A stretch of DNA of 64,000 nucleotides from Eledone cirrhosa (GCA_964016885.1 OZ024742.1:188294001-188358000), one strand, 5' to 3'; counted from the first letter of the stretch, positions 27,866 through 46,117 are shown. Numbers and translations are program-made. The notes: generated from the sequence alone by a model not told the origin.

Positions 27866-29299
27866 TCACTTCACCGCATATATATATAATGATATCATTA
27901 AGAAAGATGGCGATGCTACATAAATCGTGTAGTCCTTATAATTATTTTAACGGTTCTTTCATGCAATCAAGATGTAATTCATGAATTTTTTTTTGTTACG
28001 AGAACGGTATCCCCAGATGGAATTCGATTTTGTGATATGCCACCGGCAGGAAAAACACGTCCACCTGCACGTGCGCCCTTGATATATATATATTTATATA
28101 TTTATATATGGTATGCTGAAAATCTGAAGGCTATATTTAAAGTTGGTCGAGCCCTCAGTCTAATGGACGAGTAGGGTATACATATAATTCCACAAAAATT
28201 ACCGAACAATGCTTGAGACTACGCGTCACACGTAAGGAGCCTCGTAACGTGAAATGTTGTGGAATTTACTCCCCCTCTACCCCCCCTCTCTTTGTATATA
28301 TAAATACATACAGCTATTTATATGTATATATACAAATAGATAAAAAGAGATTAACACTGACAAGCGATACAGTTCTCGTTATAGGCTACACTAACTCTGA
28401 ACTAGAGAAACCGGAAACAATATCTTGTATACGTATATATAATTCTATACATACATTTATAAGTGGTATAATTATGTGTGCGTTCTGTTGTATAGTTACA
28501 TGTATAGTAACATGCACCTTTATATATAAGTCCGTATATTTGCCTGTTTCAACTATGTAGTATTGTTTCCGAAATAGATGTAATATAATTTAATAAATTT
28601 AATTGCAGTTTAATTTGAGATTAATATAGTCTTCGGGGGTTTCAGATTGTATTATTGGTTTAAAATAAATGCTCTTCCTGTCAATTAAAAAATAAACTGC
28701 TCTGTACATCATATATATGTATATATATATATATGTATGCCTAATTTATATATATATTATGTATGTACAAGCACTCCCACTACCGTACGTGAAGCACACA
28801 CTCATCTACTTATATGTAAGTATGAATATGTGGATGTGGTTATGTATACGCACATATATCATCAAATATATATTTCCACATATATTTGCCTGATTTAAAA
28901 CAGACAATAGATCCATTACATGGTGATTCATCAATTCATTTGTTTTTTATTGTTTAAATATTTGAATGAAATACTTCAGATCACTCTAATAATATTACTT
29001 GTTTATAATATACTGTAAACATTTGTATTGGAAAATGTCAAGTATGATACGCTGTGATTTAGGCATAGAAATACTGAGACTGGAGTTTTGGTTTACATTA
29101 CAACATGGAGCCAGATTACCTCACATGTCCGAATGATGGATGCAGTTGATACCACATCATCCTTTACTTAGATATTAAATAAGGATTGTGGTAATATTCA
29201 ACAATGACCCTAATATATTAAGTTTTTATATGCGAAAGTCATGATGTAGGCAAAATTCTAATGTGATTGCCACACCAATTGCAGACATGTTATAATTAA

Positions 29300-29805
29300 A
29301 GACGGTGGATTAGCAGTATCGGTTGCGCGTCACACATGTTTTGCGGCATAGAGTTACGATCATTTACGTTCTGAGGTCAAATCCCGCCGAGATCAGATTT
29401 TCTTTTCATCCCTACGGGGTCAATAAATAAAGCACCAGTAATACACTGGAGTCGATTCAATCGACTTACCCCTCCCCAAAATTGTTTATCTTCTGCCTAA
29501 ATCAGAAATCGCTTTTAGCAGGGATTCCAAAATGGGAGCCAGTGCTCCATGGGGAACTGAGAAATTTGTCAGTAGCAGTGAAAGTGGAGGAACGTACGGC
29601 ACGGAATGGTGAATGAGTAAAAGGGTAATAACTGTTTCTGCTTCTTGGCACTACTGGTGTTTATATATAACTGTTTCTGCTTCACTGCACTACTGGTGTT
29701 TGTTTTATCGATCCCGTAAGGATGACAGACAAAGTTAACCTCGGCGGGATTTGAACACATAACGTAAAGGGCCATATCTCTTTGCTGATGCCCTACCAAT
29801 ACTGC
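29300..29805. repeat. Two oppositely oriented major SINE copies (29300-29510 +, about 29690-29805 -)
   Basis: SINE consensus on both strands. Confidence 0.75.
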
Positions 29806-29945
29806 CCGTTAAATCGGCTAAAGAACGATACTACACATCCAGCAATCAACACTAAATGTTACTCTGACAGCCGAACTGGATATGAATTGGCAACATTTTA
29901 GGTATAGATAACGTTGTAACAATGATAACACCATTTATTCGGTAA

Positions 29946-30042
29946 TTCACATGTTTAATGAGTAATCGATTCCAGAGCCGGGTGCGATCACTACGGATCG
30001 TACCTGGAACTGATTGATCGCAACATGCGTATCACTTGTGAA
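29946..30042 (+). ncRNA. Degenerate hammerhead (core mutated)
   Basis: ttcacatgt-TTAATGA-long stem II (ttccag..ggtgcgatc/gatcgtacc..tggaa)-GCAA-catgcgta-TC-acttgtgaa, overlapping AATAAA. Confidence 0.55.
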
Positions 30043-30100
30043 TAAACACGATCATTCTATATTTATACTTCTTTTCTGCTCATTATTATTATTAATGTGT

Positions 30101-31130
30101 ATGTCATGGCTGATGAGGCGCAAAATGTGGTGAGGTTACGATATCTTCCTTGATAATGAACAGGTGTGGTTGCGGTTCGCTAGACACGTTTCCGTAACGG
30201 AGCTGCCTTCTCAGGTCAAGCGGAAACCAAGAAGGAACGCTTGAAGACTGGAATATGATCAAGCACTCACAGCCCTCAGCCACTCGGACAGTACGATCCG
30301 TGTAAACTCCACCTTAGCGTTTTATAGAGGGTTAGTGGCAAACAAATAAATACGATGTTCTTGGAAGGAAAGACTCTGGGTGTAGGCGAATATCAACTAG
30401 CCTATCTCTTCCGGAGAACGTTCGGTCGAGGGCCCAAGTACAACTTTGAGAAATCCATGGCCTTGAAGTGCTACCGGGGAGATTTGCGAGTTAGAGATAC
30501 ACTCTGCAGGCGTGGAAGTGCCGTCATTCGGGCCTGTCCGAGGTGCACGCATGGCGATGAGACCGTCCTCCATGCACTCGTCCAGTGTCTGTGTATTGCT
30601 GATCTGTTGGTTTATGTCGGGCACGTGCTGTCGCGTGTAGGACGGATCCGACTATCAACTGAGACCATTGTGAATATCGCGCCACCGTCGTCCTTTAGAG
30701 AAGAAGGACAGGCAGATTTTATCTGTCTGGTGGACATGCCGAAAGAGGATGTCTGCTGGACGCGTTTGGAAGAGTCGAAGAGGGCCACTTTCATATTCTG
30801 CGAAGCCCTAGTTAATTTTTCCATATTTCACTTGACGAAGAATATCCGGGTGGAGAGGGAAGTGTGAATGGACCTGCCTTGAGCATAGACCTGTAGATTG
30901 GAGGAGAACAATTGGGAGAAGGCACTCTGCCTAAGCGGAAAGGGTGACCGTTGTGTTTTGTGGGATTTCTCCAAGTGTGACCCTTGGAGTCTCCCCAGCT
31001 TTGTGGAATTCGTTGTTTGATTTTTTAAAAATATTTATTTTACTTAGTCTCTCTTATAAATATAATTTTGCACAACAAAGCCCACACTATATCATCCTCT
31101 GTTGTGAGGCTTGTTTGGCTAATAAGGACA
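30101..31130 (+). mobile_element. Older 5'-truncated Tx1-like fragment related to the element at 1-4953
   Basis: ORF 30355..30867 (CPRCTHGDETVLHALVQC) aligns by eye with the C-terminus of 2776..4710. Similar 3' UTR. Confidence 0.88.
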
Positions 31131-31140
31131 TATATATAAT

Positions 31141-31209
<69 letters not shown>

Positions 31210-31269
31210 GTAATCTGAGTTTTTCGAATATTAATAATAATATTCGATTCGTTTGCAGTATATATATAT

Positions 31270-31330
<61 letters not shown>

Positions 31331-31453
31331 TAACAGATTAAAGTTTAAGCAAAGAATCGTTGCGTTCACCCATTACGGGATCTTATATATTTGATATATA
31401 TTTATCCTTATCGAGCCCTCTTTGGATTTTAGTCTACAAATTTATTATTATTA

Positions 31454-31489
<36 letters not shown>

Positions 31490-31502
31490 TGCATAATATA
31501 TG

Positions 31503-31566
31503 CAGACGGATGGTTCAGTGCACCTTACTGCTGCATTAGTGCAACCGAAACTCGAGTCCGGGAACT
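31503..31566 (+). ncRNA. 5'-damaged hammerhead remnant
   Basis: ggtt..tgcac...gtgcaacc-GAAA-ctcgag-TC. Palindromic stem III and GUC are intact, the CUGANGA box is degenerate. Confidence 0.45.
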
Positions 31567-31730
31567 ATTATAGGCAACCGTAATACGTCTGTTTTATTGA
31601 AGCGAATAACTATGTGTATAATGTGGGAATATATCTTACACTGCCCACGGAGTACGCTGTGATACAACCGGTCCTGGCATTGATAAATATGCTGGGTCCG
31701 TCAAATCCTTATTATATATATATATATATA

Positions 31731-31810
<80 letters not shown>

Positions 31811-31824
31811 TTTATATATATATA

Positions 31825-32852
31825 CAGGCTTATGGAATCCCCAAGAAGATAGTGAACTTGATATCACTGCTCTACACCAACACCAAAGCCCAAGTCATTA
31901 TACCTGATGGGATGACAGAGTTCTTTGAGTTACTGGCTGGAGTGCTCCAGGGAGATACATTGGCTCCCTACCTTTTTATCATCGTAGTGGACTATTGTAT
32001 GCGCCTTGCACTGGAGAAACACCAGGACTCTGGCTTTACTGTAGCCCCGGCTCAGAGCAGGAGAGTTAGGGCGAAAAAGGTATCGGATGCTGAATTTGCC
32101 GACGACATAGTTTTGGTGACAAATACAGTGAAGGAGGCAGAGGATTTGATGCGGGATGTTGAGACTGTGTCGATAAGTGTGGGGCTGAGAAAGAATGAGA
32201 CTAAAACAAAATATCTGGTAGAGAATGTTGAGAAGCCAGAGGGGATCACTAATGTAGACAGGAAGCCGCTAGAATTGGTTGAGGGTTTCCTGTATTTGTG
32301 AGCAAAGATTGGGAATACGGAAGATGATGTGGTTGACAGGAAGAGCAAAGCCTGGGCGGCGTGCCACAGCTTGAGATCTGTGTGGAAGTCGGACCTTCGT
32401 AAAGACCTGAAAATCCGCCTCTTCATTGCTGTAGTCTAGTATGTGCTGCTGTATGGGTCTGAGACTTGGACACTGACCAAGAAACTCACTCAGATGGTGG
32501 ATGGGTGCTACACGAGAATTCTGAGGATGGCTCTGAACATTAATCAGTTCACACTGAGGATGAAAATCTCAGAGTTGTATGGGAGCATCCCAAAAGTCAG
32601 CTCAAAAGTGACACAGAGGAGACTGAGGTTAGCTGGACATGCTGACCGACATCCAGAGTTGACATTGCACTCAGTTCTCCTTTGGCAGCCCCTACATGGA
32701 CACACTAGAAGTGGAAGACCTAGGTTAACGTATGTTGATGCCCTAAGGACAGACACTGGTCTGTTGGAGACGCAGGACATGGAAGCGATAATGAGGGACA
32801 GAGACCGTTGGAGAGAACTCGTCCATGGATCTCGGGAATTTTACCCGCCTTA

Positions 32853-32855
<3 letters not shown>
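31825..32855 (+). mobile_element. 5'-truncated RTE-clade LINE inside (TA)n
   Basis: GVLQGDTLAPYLF, FADD, LLYGSETWTL, RRLRLAGH, GRPRLTY..DR.RW. In-frame stops present. Confidence 0.9.
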
Positions 32856-32908
<53 letters not shown>

Positions 32909-33933
32909 GGACGTTTATATATGTAATTATACAAATTTCGTTTAATTTCCGCTCATAGGACACTGGTCAACCTTGTCTACAGAACAAGACTTGAGCTCAA
33001 ATTTTCACACAGAGGAATCAAATCAGCGGATTCAAACATTAACATCTTGTCCACTGAGCTATGCTTTCACCTGATTATTTTACATTAAGATAATATATAT
33101 ACTGACAAAAACAGTATTCTTCTTTCAATGATTCTCAAATTACCTAGAGAATACATTATCTTCTATGGAATCGGAAACGCGATGTAAAGAGAGAGAAAGA
33201 AAAACATTTGCACGAGAGGTTCTATTGTTAATAGTTCGGCAACGAATCAGTAACAGAAGCATATATTTTCTAATTTTGAATAGGTTTCGTATTCAAGAAT
33301 TCCTTCGCTACATAATTCGATTTTAACCTCGACACAAATTTATACGAATTTCTATTCCGTCTATGTCTTATCTATCACAGTTGACCGAACACAGCCAAAG
33401 CTATGAAGTTTATTCCTTACAGAGTTTGCAACATCAAGGATCATGAAAATGATGTTAGTTATGTATGGGTTATGTATTTATACATATGTATGTCTTCAAT
33501 CATTACAGAAAGGAAATGAAAGGAGCCGACCATTAGATTGGATCAAGGAATCTCTGTTTTCCTAGTTATTCTTTTACTGAAACCACTATCTACCGGTCAC
33601 AAATCCGAGCATTAGGTTACTTATTTTGATATTGATAGTTTCATGGATTTACGTTTCATCGTATTCCAGCTATTTATCATTCGATTCAACTAATCTCAAC
33701 GATGAGGAATCTTAAGATATTCAATACTTAAATCTATTATAAAACACATTTATACTTTATCAACTGTACGTAGTTAAGTGTAATGTAGTTGCACATCTAT
33801 CTATATAGCTATCTATTATCTATCTATCTCTATATATATATGTGTGTGTGTGTGTGCGCGCGCATATATATATACGCACATTTATAAATATATGTATATA
33901 TATATATGTTATATATATATATATGTATATATG

Positions 33934-33968
<35 letters not shown>

Positions 33969-33979
33969 GTATATATGTA

Positions 33980-34061
<82 letters not shown>

Positions 34062-34083
34062 TATGTATATAGATATAGATATA

Positions 34084-34164
<81 letters not shown>

Positions 34165-34172
34165 GTATATAT

Positions 34173-34780
34173 GTCAGGTCACCAGTTGGTGCTACTGGTA
34201 ACATGTATCCCAGTACAACCTGTCTCATGGTCGGGTCGTTGGCGACTAAACTGGCAACCCCACCAAGGTTTCTTGGTGAGGAGGGTGACTTTGGACATCC
34301 TGCAGGACTAAAAACAAAACCTGTCAAAGGGCAAACGAGCTCTTAAGAATCAATGGCCATCCAAAATCACCGGGAGAGATGACCCCTTAGGCTTTGTCAA
34401 GGCAGAATTCTAGGAGAAGGAAAACTCTGATCTAACACCTGCAACCCTGATGGTATCCAATGATGTTGACTTGTTCTACTTTTTGGTAAATATCATCTTG
34501 GTTAAGAGAGTGGGACTGGCTTTGTGCAGTGCCTTTGCTCACTATAAAAGCTTCACGGCACAGGCATTGCTTTATATCTGGAGATCTCTCTGCACTTGTC
34601 GTCACATGGTACCATGGGCCCAGCACTATGTGTCAATAATTGTCACAAGTGTAGTGTTTGTACCAGAGTTTTCAAGTCGCTGGCTGGACTAAAAAGTCAC
34701 ACTCGTTGAGCGCATCGGTAGGGGTTCTCCTACATGGATATAAAGTAGTGGCCGTACTCGAAAACGAGTTGGCAGCCACC

Positions 34781-34781
<1 letters not shown>
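34173..34781 (+). mobile_element. Bipartite non-autonomous RTE-like element (structured 5' region joined to a C2H2-finger 3' end), inside (TA)n
   Basis: 5' part is homologous to 58190-58520(-). 3' part ([17 protein letters not shown]) is nearly identical to 62954-63156. Confidence 0.6.
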
Positions 34782-34844
<63 letters not shown>

Positions 34845-34865
34845 GTATATATATGTATATATGTG

Positions 34866-34914
<49 letters not shown>

Positions 34915-34943
34915 GTATATATATGTATATATATTTATGTATA

Positions 34944-38795
<3,852 letters not shown>

Positions 38796-39369
38796 TATAT
38801 ATATATATGTATATATGTATATATGTATATATATATATATATGGGGTGGGTCATATTTGCGTAATATTGCCAGAATTAATAACAGAACACACTCACTGTT
38901 TGGTAGGTTTTCGCTTCTCGCTGTCTTTTATATATATATATCTGCGATCTAACTTACTCGGTCCCCAATGTTGCCATTGACTGACCGGCGGTCAAAAATA
39001 ATACAGATACAATATAGACACAAACACATATATATAGTTTACATAATTTACATAAATCTTTCGTTGCACATCTGCAACATCGTCAGTGGTGTTATATTCA
39101 TTGTTCCTCCTGTTGTGTTGTATGTCTACGCCATTTTTTTTTTGTTCAGTCTGTCTATATATTTATTTATTTATTTGCTTGTTTGTTTATCTTATTTTGT
39201 TTTGTCTTCTTTGCGCATGCGTTTGCGTGTGTGTATAGTGTTATGTGTGATGTGTGACTAGTGTGTATAGTGTTGTGTCTGCTGGGTGACTAGTGTGTGT
39301 TTATGTGCTTGTGTATGTATTTATTTATCTTATTTTATTTAATTTTATTTACTTATTTATACTTCTCTT

Positions 39370-39422
39370 ATATATATACATATATAAACATATATATATA
39401 TATGTATATATGTTTATATATG

Positions 39423-39502
<80 letters not shown>

Positions 39503-39686
39503 TATGTATATATATGTATATATGTATATGTATATATATATATGTATATATGTATATATATATATATACGTATATATGTATATATATGTATATATATATG
39601 TATATATGTATATATATGTATATATGTATATGTATATATATATATGTATATATATATGTATATATGTATATGTATATATATATATG

Positions 39687-39780
<94 letters not shown>

Positions 39781-39787
39781 CATATAT

Positions 39788-39828
<41 letters not shown>

Positions 39829-39886
39829 TGTGTATATATATGTATATATATATGTGTATATATATGTATATTTATATATATACATT

Positions 39887-39933
<47 letters not shown>
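39370..39933. repeat. Representative long compound (TA)n/(TATG)n microsatellite. Similar tracts at about 11130-11335, 15175-15285, 18110-18390, 33830-34170, 34780-35095, 48300-49120 and 58620-58970
   Basis: Direct reading of the sequence. Confidence 0.97.
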
Positions 39934-39936
<3 letters not shown>

Positions 39937-40269
39937 CGCGTGTGTTACCGTTTCAGTCTGTTCTGATTCTCTATATATGAATATGAGTGTGTAAGTATTT
40001 TATTTTTCTTTCGAATTCACACCACACGTTTAGGTATAAAACACACATACGCGAAGATAATAAAATGAGAAATCTGAAATAGGAAAGAAACATTCCAAGT
40101 AAATTCATCGTACGTGTCAAGAAGAGAAACAAAATAAAACAATATATATATAAGTAAAACAAAATAAAACTGGAGAAAAAAAATAGTACAAAAAAAAATA
40201 ATAAAAGCAACGAGAAAAAAATACAGAAGCAACAATTGTTGATGATCACCGTTCAAGTAAAATTATCGA

Positions 40270-40620
40270 TCGATCAGCTAGAACTTTGGACTGTCTTTCT
40301 TAGGAAGTGAAATTGCTACGTATTAACGATAACGTTCTTTGAAATCACGGGGTTCATCTGATAGTACAAGAGTTGTTATGAAGAATTAATACGCCACAGA
40401 CACAACCAATAATCTTGGAGAATGTTATCAGAGAACCAACTAAAAATATCTGTTGTATGGGATTTACGAAAGATTTGGCAATTTATAGAATTAGCAAATG
40501 TTACTTGAAGAAAATCTTATAAGGGTAACGTGTGGTTTATTTTCTCCTCTCGAATCTTCGTATATTTTGCGTGTATGTGATTCAACAACATGCAGAAGTG
40601 TTTTGCGATCCACTGTTTTT
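40270..40620 (-). mobile_element. Degenerate Penelope-like GIY-YIG coding remnant
   Basis: Minus-strand translation DFKERYR* resembles the FKxRYxNH motif of PLE endonucleases. Heavily decayed. Confidence 0.4.
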
Positions 40621-40684
40621 TACGTTCTTGCTTTTTTTTATTTTGTTTTTTTATTTTGGCGGTTCTTACATAAATTGGCTTCTT

Positions 40685-40759
<75 letters not shown>

Positions 40760-40770
40760 GTTATTGTTAT

Positions 40771-41013
40771 TCCTTGAATCTCAGTCATTGATGTTGGTTA
40801 ACTGGAAAGTCCGTTGGATTGAATATCAAACCACTACCTGCAGCCTCAGATATTCAGGACGTATCGGAGGGTTCTTGCTGTTCCAAGCAAGCATGCCTTT
40901 TGAAGCGTTCCAAAAAGCGTGAAGGGGCCGATTTTCTTTAACCATCCCTGGAAACCTTTGGAGATAGTCGCCAGTGCGCCTATGACAATCGGGATCACTT
41001 TGACTTCATGGCA

Positions 41014-41070
<57 letters not shown>

Positions 41071-42284
41071 GTTGTTATTCCTTGAATCTCAGTCATTGAT
41101 GTTGGTTAACTGGAAAGTCCGTTGGAATGAATATCAAGCCACTACCTGCAGCCTCAGATATTCAGGACGTATCGGAGGGTTCTTGCTGTTCCAAGCAAGC
41201 ATGCCTTTTGAAGCGTTCCAAAAAGCGTGAAGGGGCCGATTTTCTTTAACCATCCCTGGAAACTTTTGGAGATAGTCCCCAGTGCGCCTATGACAATCGG
41301 GATCACTTTGACTTCATGGCAGTTCCAAATCCTTTTCACCTCCCACTTTAGGTCCTGGTATCGGTTAATTTTCTCCCTCTCCTTCTCTTGCACTCTCGTG
41401 TCGAAAGGGCAGGCCACATCCACAATCAGACACGATCTTGTTTCTTTGTCCACAACCACCAGGTCAGGTCTATTGTGTTCCAGTTTTTTGTCCGTCTGTA
41501 TCCTAAAATCCCACAGCACCTTCACCTGATTGTTCTCCATCACCGCCTCTGGCCTATGCTCATACCATTTCTCAGAATGTGGTAAATTGTTTACTTTGCA
41601 TAGGTGCCAGTGGATCACCCTGCCCATCACATCGTGCCTCCAGCCCTTATAGTGGGTCTGGGCTAGGTGTTTACACTCGGACACAATGTGAGCCACGGTC
41701 TCCTCTCTCTCTCCACAGATCCTGCACAGTGGGCTAGCCTCCTCCTTGTAAATATGGTGCTTCAACCACTTCGTTTTGAGGGCCTGCTCCTGTGCAGCCA
41801 TTAGCATTCCTTCTGTAGCCTTTTTGAGGTCTCCTCTTCTCAACCAGTTCCATGTCTGTGGATCTCTAAATTCAGTTTTCTCAAAGAAGGTACTATGAAG
41901 GGATTTTTCCTGAAGGCTGCTCTTTCTCCTTGATGTTATTTCCTCCTTGGCCATCCCCTGGCCTATTGTCCCCTCCTTCAGTACAGTTCTGAGCATTGGC
42001 TCCTTACTATCAGTCACGTATTTGTATAGGTTGTTTTTCTCCATCTGAACACAGTCCTCTATGCTGATAAGACCTCTTCCACCCTCAGATCTCCTTAGGT
42101 AGAGTCTATCGACATCACTCCTCTTGTGGAACATGTTGTAGATAGTCAATAGCTTCCTAGTCTTCCTATCCATTTCTTTTTGTTCAGCAACATTCCATCT
42201 CAGAATTCCCGCACTGTACCTAATAATAGACACAGCTCGGGAATTTACTGCGCTTATGGCATTTCTGTTGTTCAGATGTGACTT
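40771..42284 (-). mobile_element. Two tandem Dong/R4 family-A 3' fragments (40771-41016 and 41079-42284) separated by (TAA)n
   Basis: ORF 41154..42233 is uninterrupted: CRICGEREETVAHIVSEC, RHD, RPDLVVVDK..VDVACP, KINRY. Confidence 0.92.
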
Positions 42285-42285
42285 A

Positions 42286-42319
<34 letters not shown>

Positions 42320-42375
42320 TTTCTTTTTCTTTTTCTTTTTCTTTTTCTTTTTCTTTTTCTTTTTCTTTTTCTTTT

Positions 42376-42680
42376 TCTTCTTCTTCTTCTTCTTCTTCTT
42401 CTTCTTCTTCTTCTTCTTCTTCTTCTTCTTCTTCTTCTTCCATCTATTCCTGGGAAGGTGGAGTGGACAGAGTCGTCAAACACTCCTTCGACGCGTCTTG
42501 TCAGAAGCAACCGTCTCCAGCAGATCCGGCTGGATCCCAAAGCGAGACCAGCCAAGCTCATGGATGTTTTCCAACCATCTTGATCGGGTTCTGCCCCCTG
42601 GTCTTCTGTTGGTTTGTTTCATCCGGAAAATCTGTCCAGTTTTTCTTTCCTAAGGCATTCTAACCACATATCCGTAGTAT
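42376..42680 (-). mobile_element. RTE-clade 3' end with (AAG)n tail
   Basis: Minus-strand translation RRPGGRTRSRWLENIHELGWSRFGIQPDLLETVASDK, typical of an RTE C-terminus. Confidence 0.7.
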
Positions 42681-43074
42681 CGGAGTTGAGATATCTCAAT
42701 TTGGAGAGGCTATACTGGGAGCGACTCCGATCTCCGAGCTACGCACTCTACCTAGAAACGTCACACCGAAATCCTTTCAGAGTAACCCCATGTATTCGTT
42801 ATCGTATTCTTTAGATCATTACACAAGATTCATCACCATAAGTAAGGATTGGCACGAATTCCGAATTGTAGATAACGAGTTTCATTACACCTACCTCCTT
42901 TCTTCTGACCACGAAATGCGGAAGCTCGCGCATTGCTGCAGAAGGTGATATCCAACTTACACATATTACTCAGCAATTTTGGATATTTTATGTTGCGGTA
43001 TAGTTGTGGACCTGTAATATAGTGGTCATGAATTGGCAAAACAAATTGATTGTCAAACAAAGCCCATTGCACTG

Positions 43075-43480
43075 TTTATTTCCACCTCTTCACGTTCTGA
43101 GTTCAAACATCCGTCTCCACTGATCTCTGTTTTCCTTCATCATTTTGAGGTCGATAAACATCACATCATGTCCATTAAGGCGAGGTGTGTGAGCGCAAAG
43201 GACGAGATTTCTTTTCTTTCGATATCTTATCTTTCAGCATTATTTATACTGGATTAATGCCGAGGTTAACTTTGCCTTGCATCCTTACGGGGTCGATACA
43301 ATAAAGTACCAGTAATACATTGGGTATTTGCTGGCCTTGTGCCAAAACTAGAAACAATTATTTATACTGGGTTCAAATCCCGCCGAGGTTAACTTTGCCT
43401 TTCATCCTTACGGGTTCGATAAAATAAAGTACCAGTAATACACTGGTATTTGTTGGCCTTGAGCCTAAAGTAGAAACAAG
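43075..43480 (+). repeat. Tandem partial copies of the major SINE
   Basis: SINE 3' halves repeated. Confidence 0.75.
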
Positions 43481-44429
43481 TATGTATACTGGGTTCTGTC
43501 GTTCAAATACCACTGAAGACCTCTTTGCACTTCGCCAAATTAGGTTTATTAAATACAGTATCTCTCTAGTGAATGTGCGTTGCCTAATGGTTATGGGATT
43601 TCACTTTCGATCATAAGATCGTGGCTTCAATTTTTTGACCGGAAGCTGAGTTAGGATCTTGAGCATAACATTCTATTTCATGTTGCTCCAATCGGCTGAA
43701 ATATGAGAACCGACAGTAACTGTGGAGTAGTCCTGCGATGAACTGGCGTCCTGTCTTGTATTCTCAGTCATTTAACAACAGCAAAACCGGAATAAGTACC
43801 GGCCTGGTTAACCTTTTAATTAGAATTTAGTTCTTCTGCAACATAATGTACTCTACTAAAGCCACACAAGAGAGGTGCTTTCGAGCTAAAGTGTGTGACG
43901 CAATGTATCTATCATCCAGGTAGGCTAAAGCAGAATTTTAACTCTAAACACAAAGGGCAGGAACAACAACAGCAAAGTTACTCACCCGACGTTATTATGC
44001 CAGAAATAAAGCTAAATATCATATAGTCTGACGTGTTAACAATATAGCCAATTCAGGATTCGAATTAGAACACAGAACCCTGTGACAAATTCTGCAAGTC
44101 AGTTTGTGCTCTATACTAACCACTCTTCTAATTCGCCACATTTATGCAAGATATATCCTACTTTTGAACATTTGTTATGCACTAATTATACATTACTGGC
44201 TAAAGTACATTAGAAGAGAATGTAAAGGTCAATACGGAATACATATACACATGAATAAATAATTGAATAAAAATAGAACATAGAAGAAATAATATTCATA
44301 TTGCGTCATATATGGAAATACTGAAGGTAAAACAAAATATCGCCACAGAAACATATACATATATACAAATGTAATGAATATAAATATACACAGCTACATA
44401 TGTATATATGCATATGTATATATGCATAT

Positions 44430-44513
<84 letters not shown>

Positions 44514-44814
44514 TCACACATGCACATACACACGCACACACATACACATATATATATATATATATTTATTGATGTGTATGTATGTACTCTTATCGCTAAT
44601 TGTATTGGGAATATTATATAGAAAGTTTATATTTTTTGTTTTGTTATTTTTTTCTTTCATTTGTCCACTCACATGTCACTATCATGGAATCTCATTGACA
44701 TTGATGTTGATAACAGCTCAGCGTAGTTTTTGTCGTGTAGCCTTAGATTCAGCCCTGAACGAACAGGCCGTACGATATATAGGACATTGCTATTGGCAAT
44801 TGTTTAAATTCATC

Positions 44815-44990
44815 AGTATCGGTAGAGGGTCGGACGCCATGCTTTGCCGCAAAAGAGTTACGGACCTTTGTGGTCTGAGTTCAAATCCTGCCGACGTTAA
44901 CTTTGATTTTCATCCTTACGTGGTCAATAAAATAAAGTACCAGTAATACACTGGGATAATTGCTGGCCTTGTGCCAGAAGTAGAAACTAT
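44815..44990 (+). repeat. Major SINE copy
   Basis: SINE consensus. Confidence 0.8.
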
Positions 44991-45696
44991 TATTGTTGTC
45001 ATTTGACCTAAAAGTAGGCTCTGACCGAGCAGTGCATTAGATGAAAAGGACATTGCCGTTGACAAAATTTCCACCTATTTCTTGTTGTTGTAATTTAGCC
45101 CTAATATCGGGCCCTGATTGTGTAGCATATCAGATAAAAATTACATTGCCTGGTGAATTTCAACATTGTTGTTTTAGTTATTTGGGTCCACAAATCGGAC
45201 GCTGATTGACCAGGACATGATATCGAAATGATGTAAAAAAATGTCATTCTTGTCGCTATTATACCAAAGATCGCGTCTTTATCGAGCAGACCATGAGATC
45301 GGAAGAAATAATGAACGAGAAGAGAGAAAGATATCGAAAAGATAATGGAAAAGGGGAGGGGGAAGGAGGGGGCAGTGACTGTTACTGCAAATTTGTAAGC
45401 TAGAATGTTCTATCCCAATATGTTTTTATTGGGGTGAGGTGGTGGCGGTGGTGCGGTGTTGTAGGGATGGAAGTGTGGAGTGGTGGTGGTGTTGTTAGTG
45501 ATGTTGTTATCTGGTGGTGTTACTGGTGGTGGTAATATGGATAACCTTTACTGGGTTGTTTTATCAGATTTTTGGGATAGTGATTGTGGTGGTGATGGTG
45601 TTGGATCTGTGCAATTTGTATCAGGTTTGGCCTTCGTGAAGGAGGCAGTCTCACATTGGCATGGTGGGTAAGCTTTTCTTCCGTTGATCTCTAACA

Positions 45697-45880
45697 TAAT
45701 TGTTTCTACGCTTGGCACAAGGCCAGCAATTACCCAGAGCATTACTGGTACATTATTTTATCGACCCTGTAAGGATGAAAGGCAAAGTTAACCTCGGCGA
45801 GATTTGAAATCAGAATGGCAAGGGCCGTAACTCTATACGTCAAAGCATAGCGTCCGACCCTCTACCGATACTACCAATCC
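45697..45880 (-). repeat. Major SINE copy
   Basis: SINE consensus. Confidence 0.8.
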
Positions 45881-46085
45881 ACTCTTACATAATGTGCTCA
45901 CCTTACACTTCTCCCGCTAACACCACCTCCCTCCTCCCAAAACACCCATACAGAATGTCAAAATATATGAAATAAAAACTTTTCAATATAGAATATAGAA
46001 AAACCACTGAAAATAATACTGCGACGCACATATATATCACGCTCACGTGCGCACATGTGTGTTCATTAGAGTGTGTGATGCCATG

Positions 46086-46117
<32 letters not shown>

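Noticed and set aside
32960-33070. tRNA-like A box (gcatagctcagtgg, minus strand), similar heads near 43575 and 57245
   Set aside because: No cloverleaf. These are decayed SINE heads, not tRNA genes.
43255-43480. Regularly repeated segments resembling a CRISPR array
   Set aside because: Tandem SINE fragments in a eukaryotic context, with no unique spacers or cas genes.
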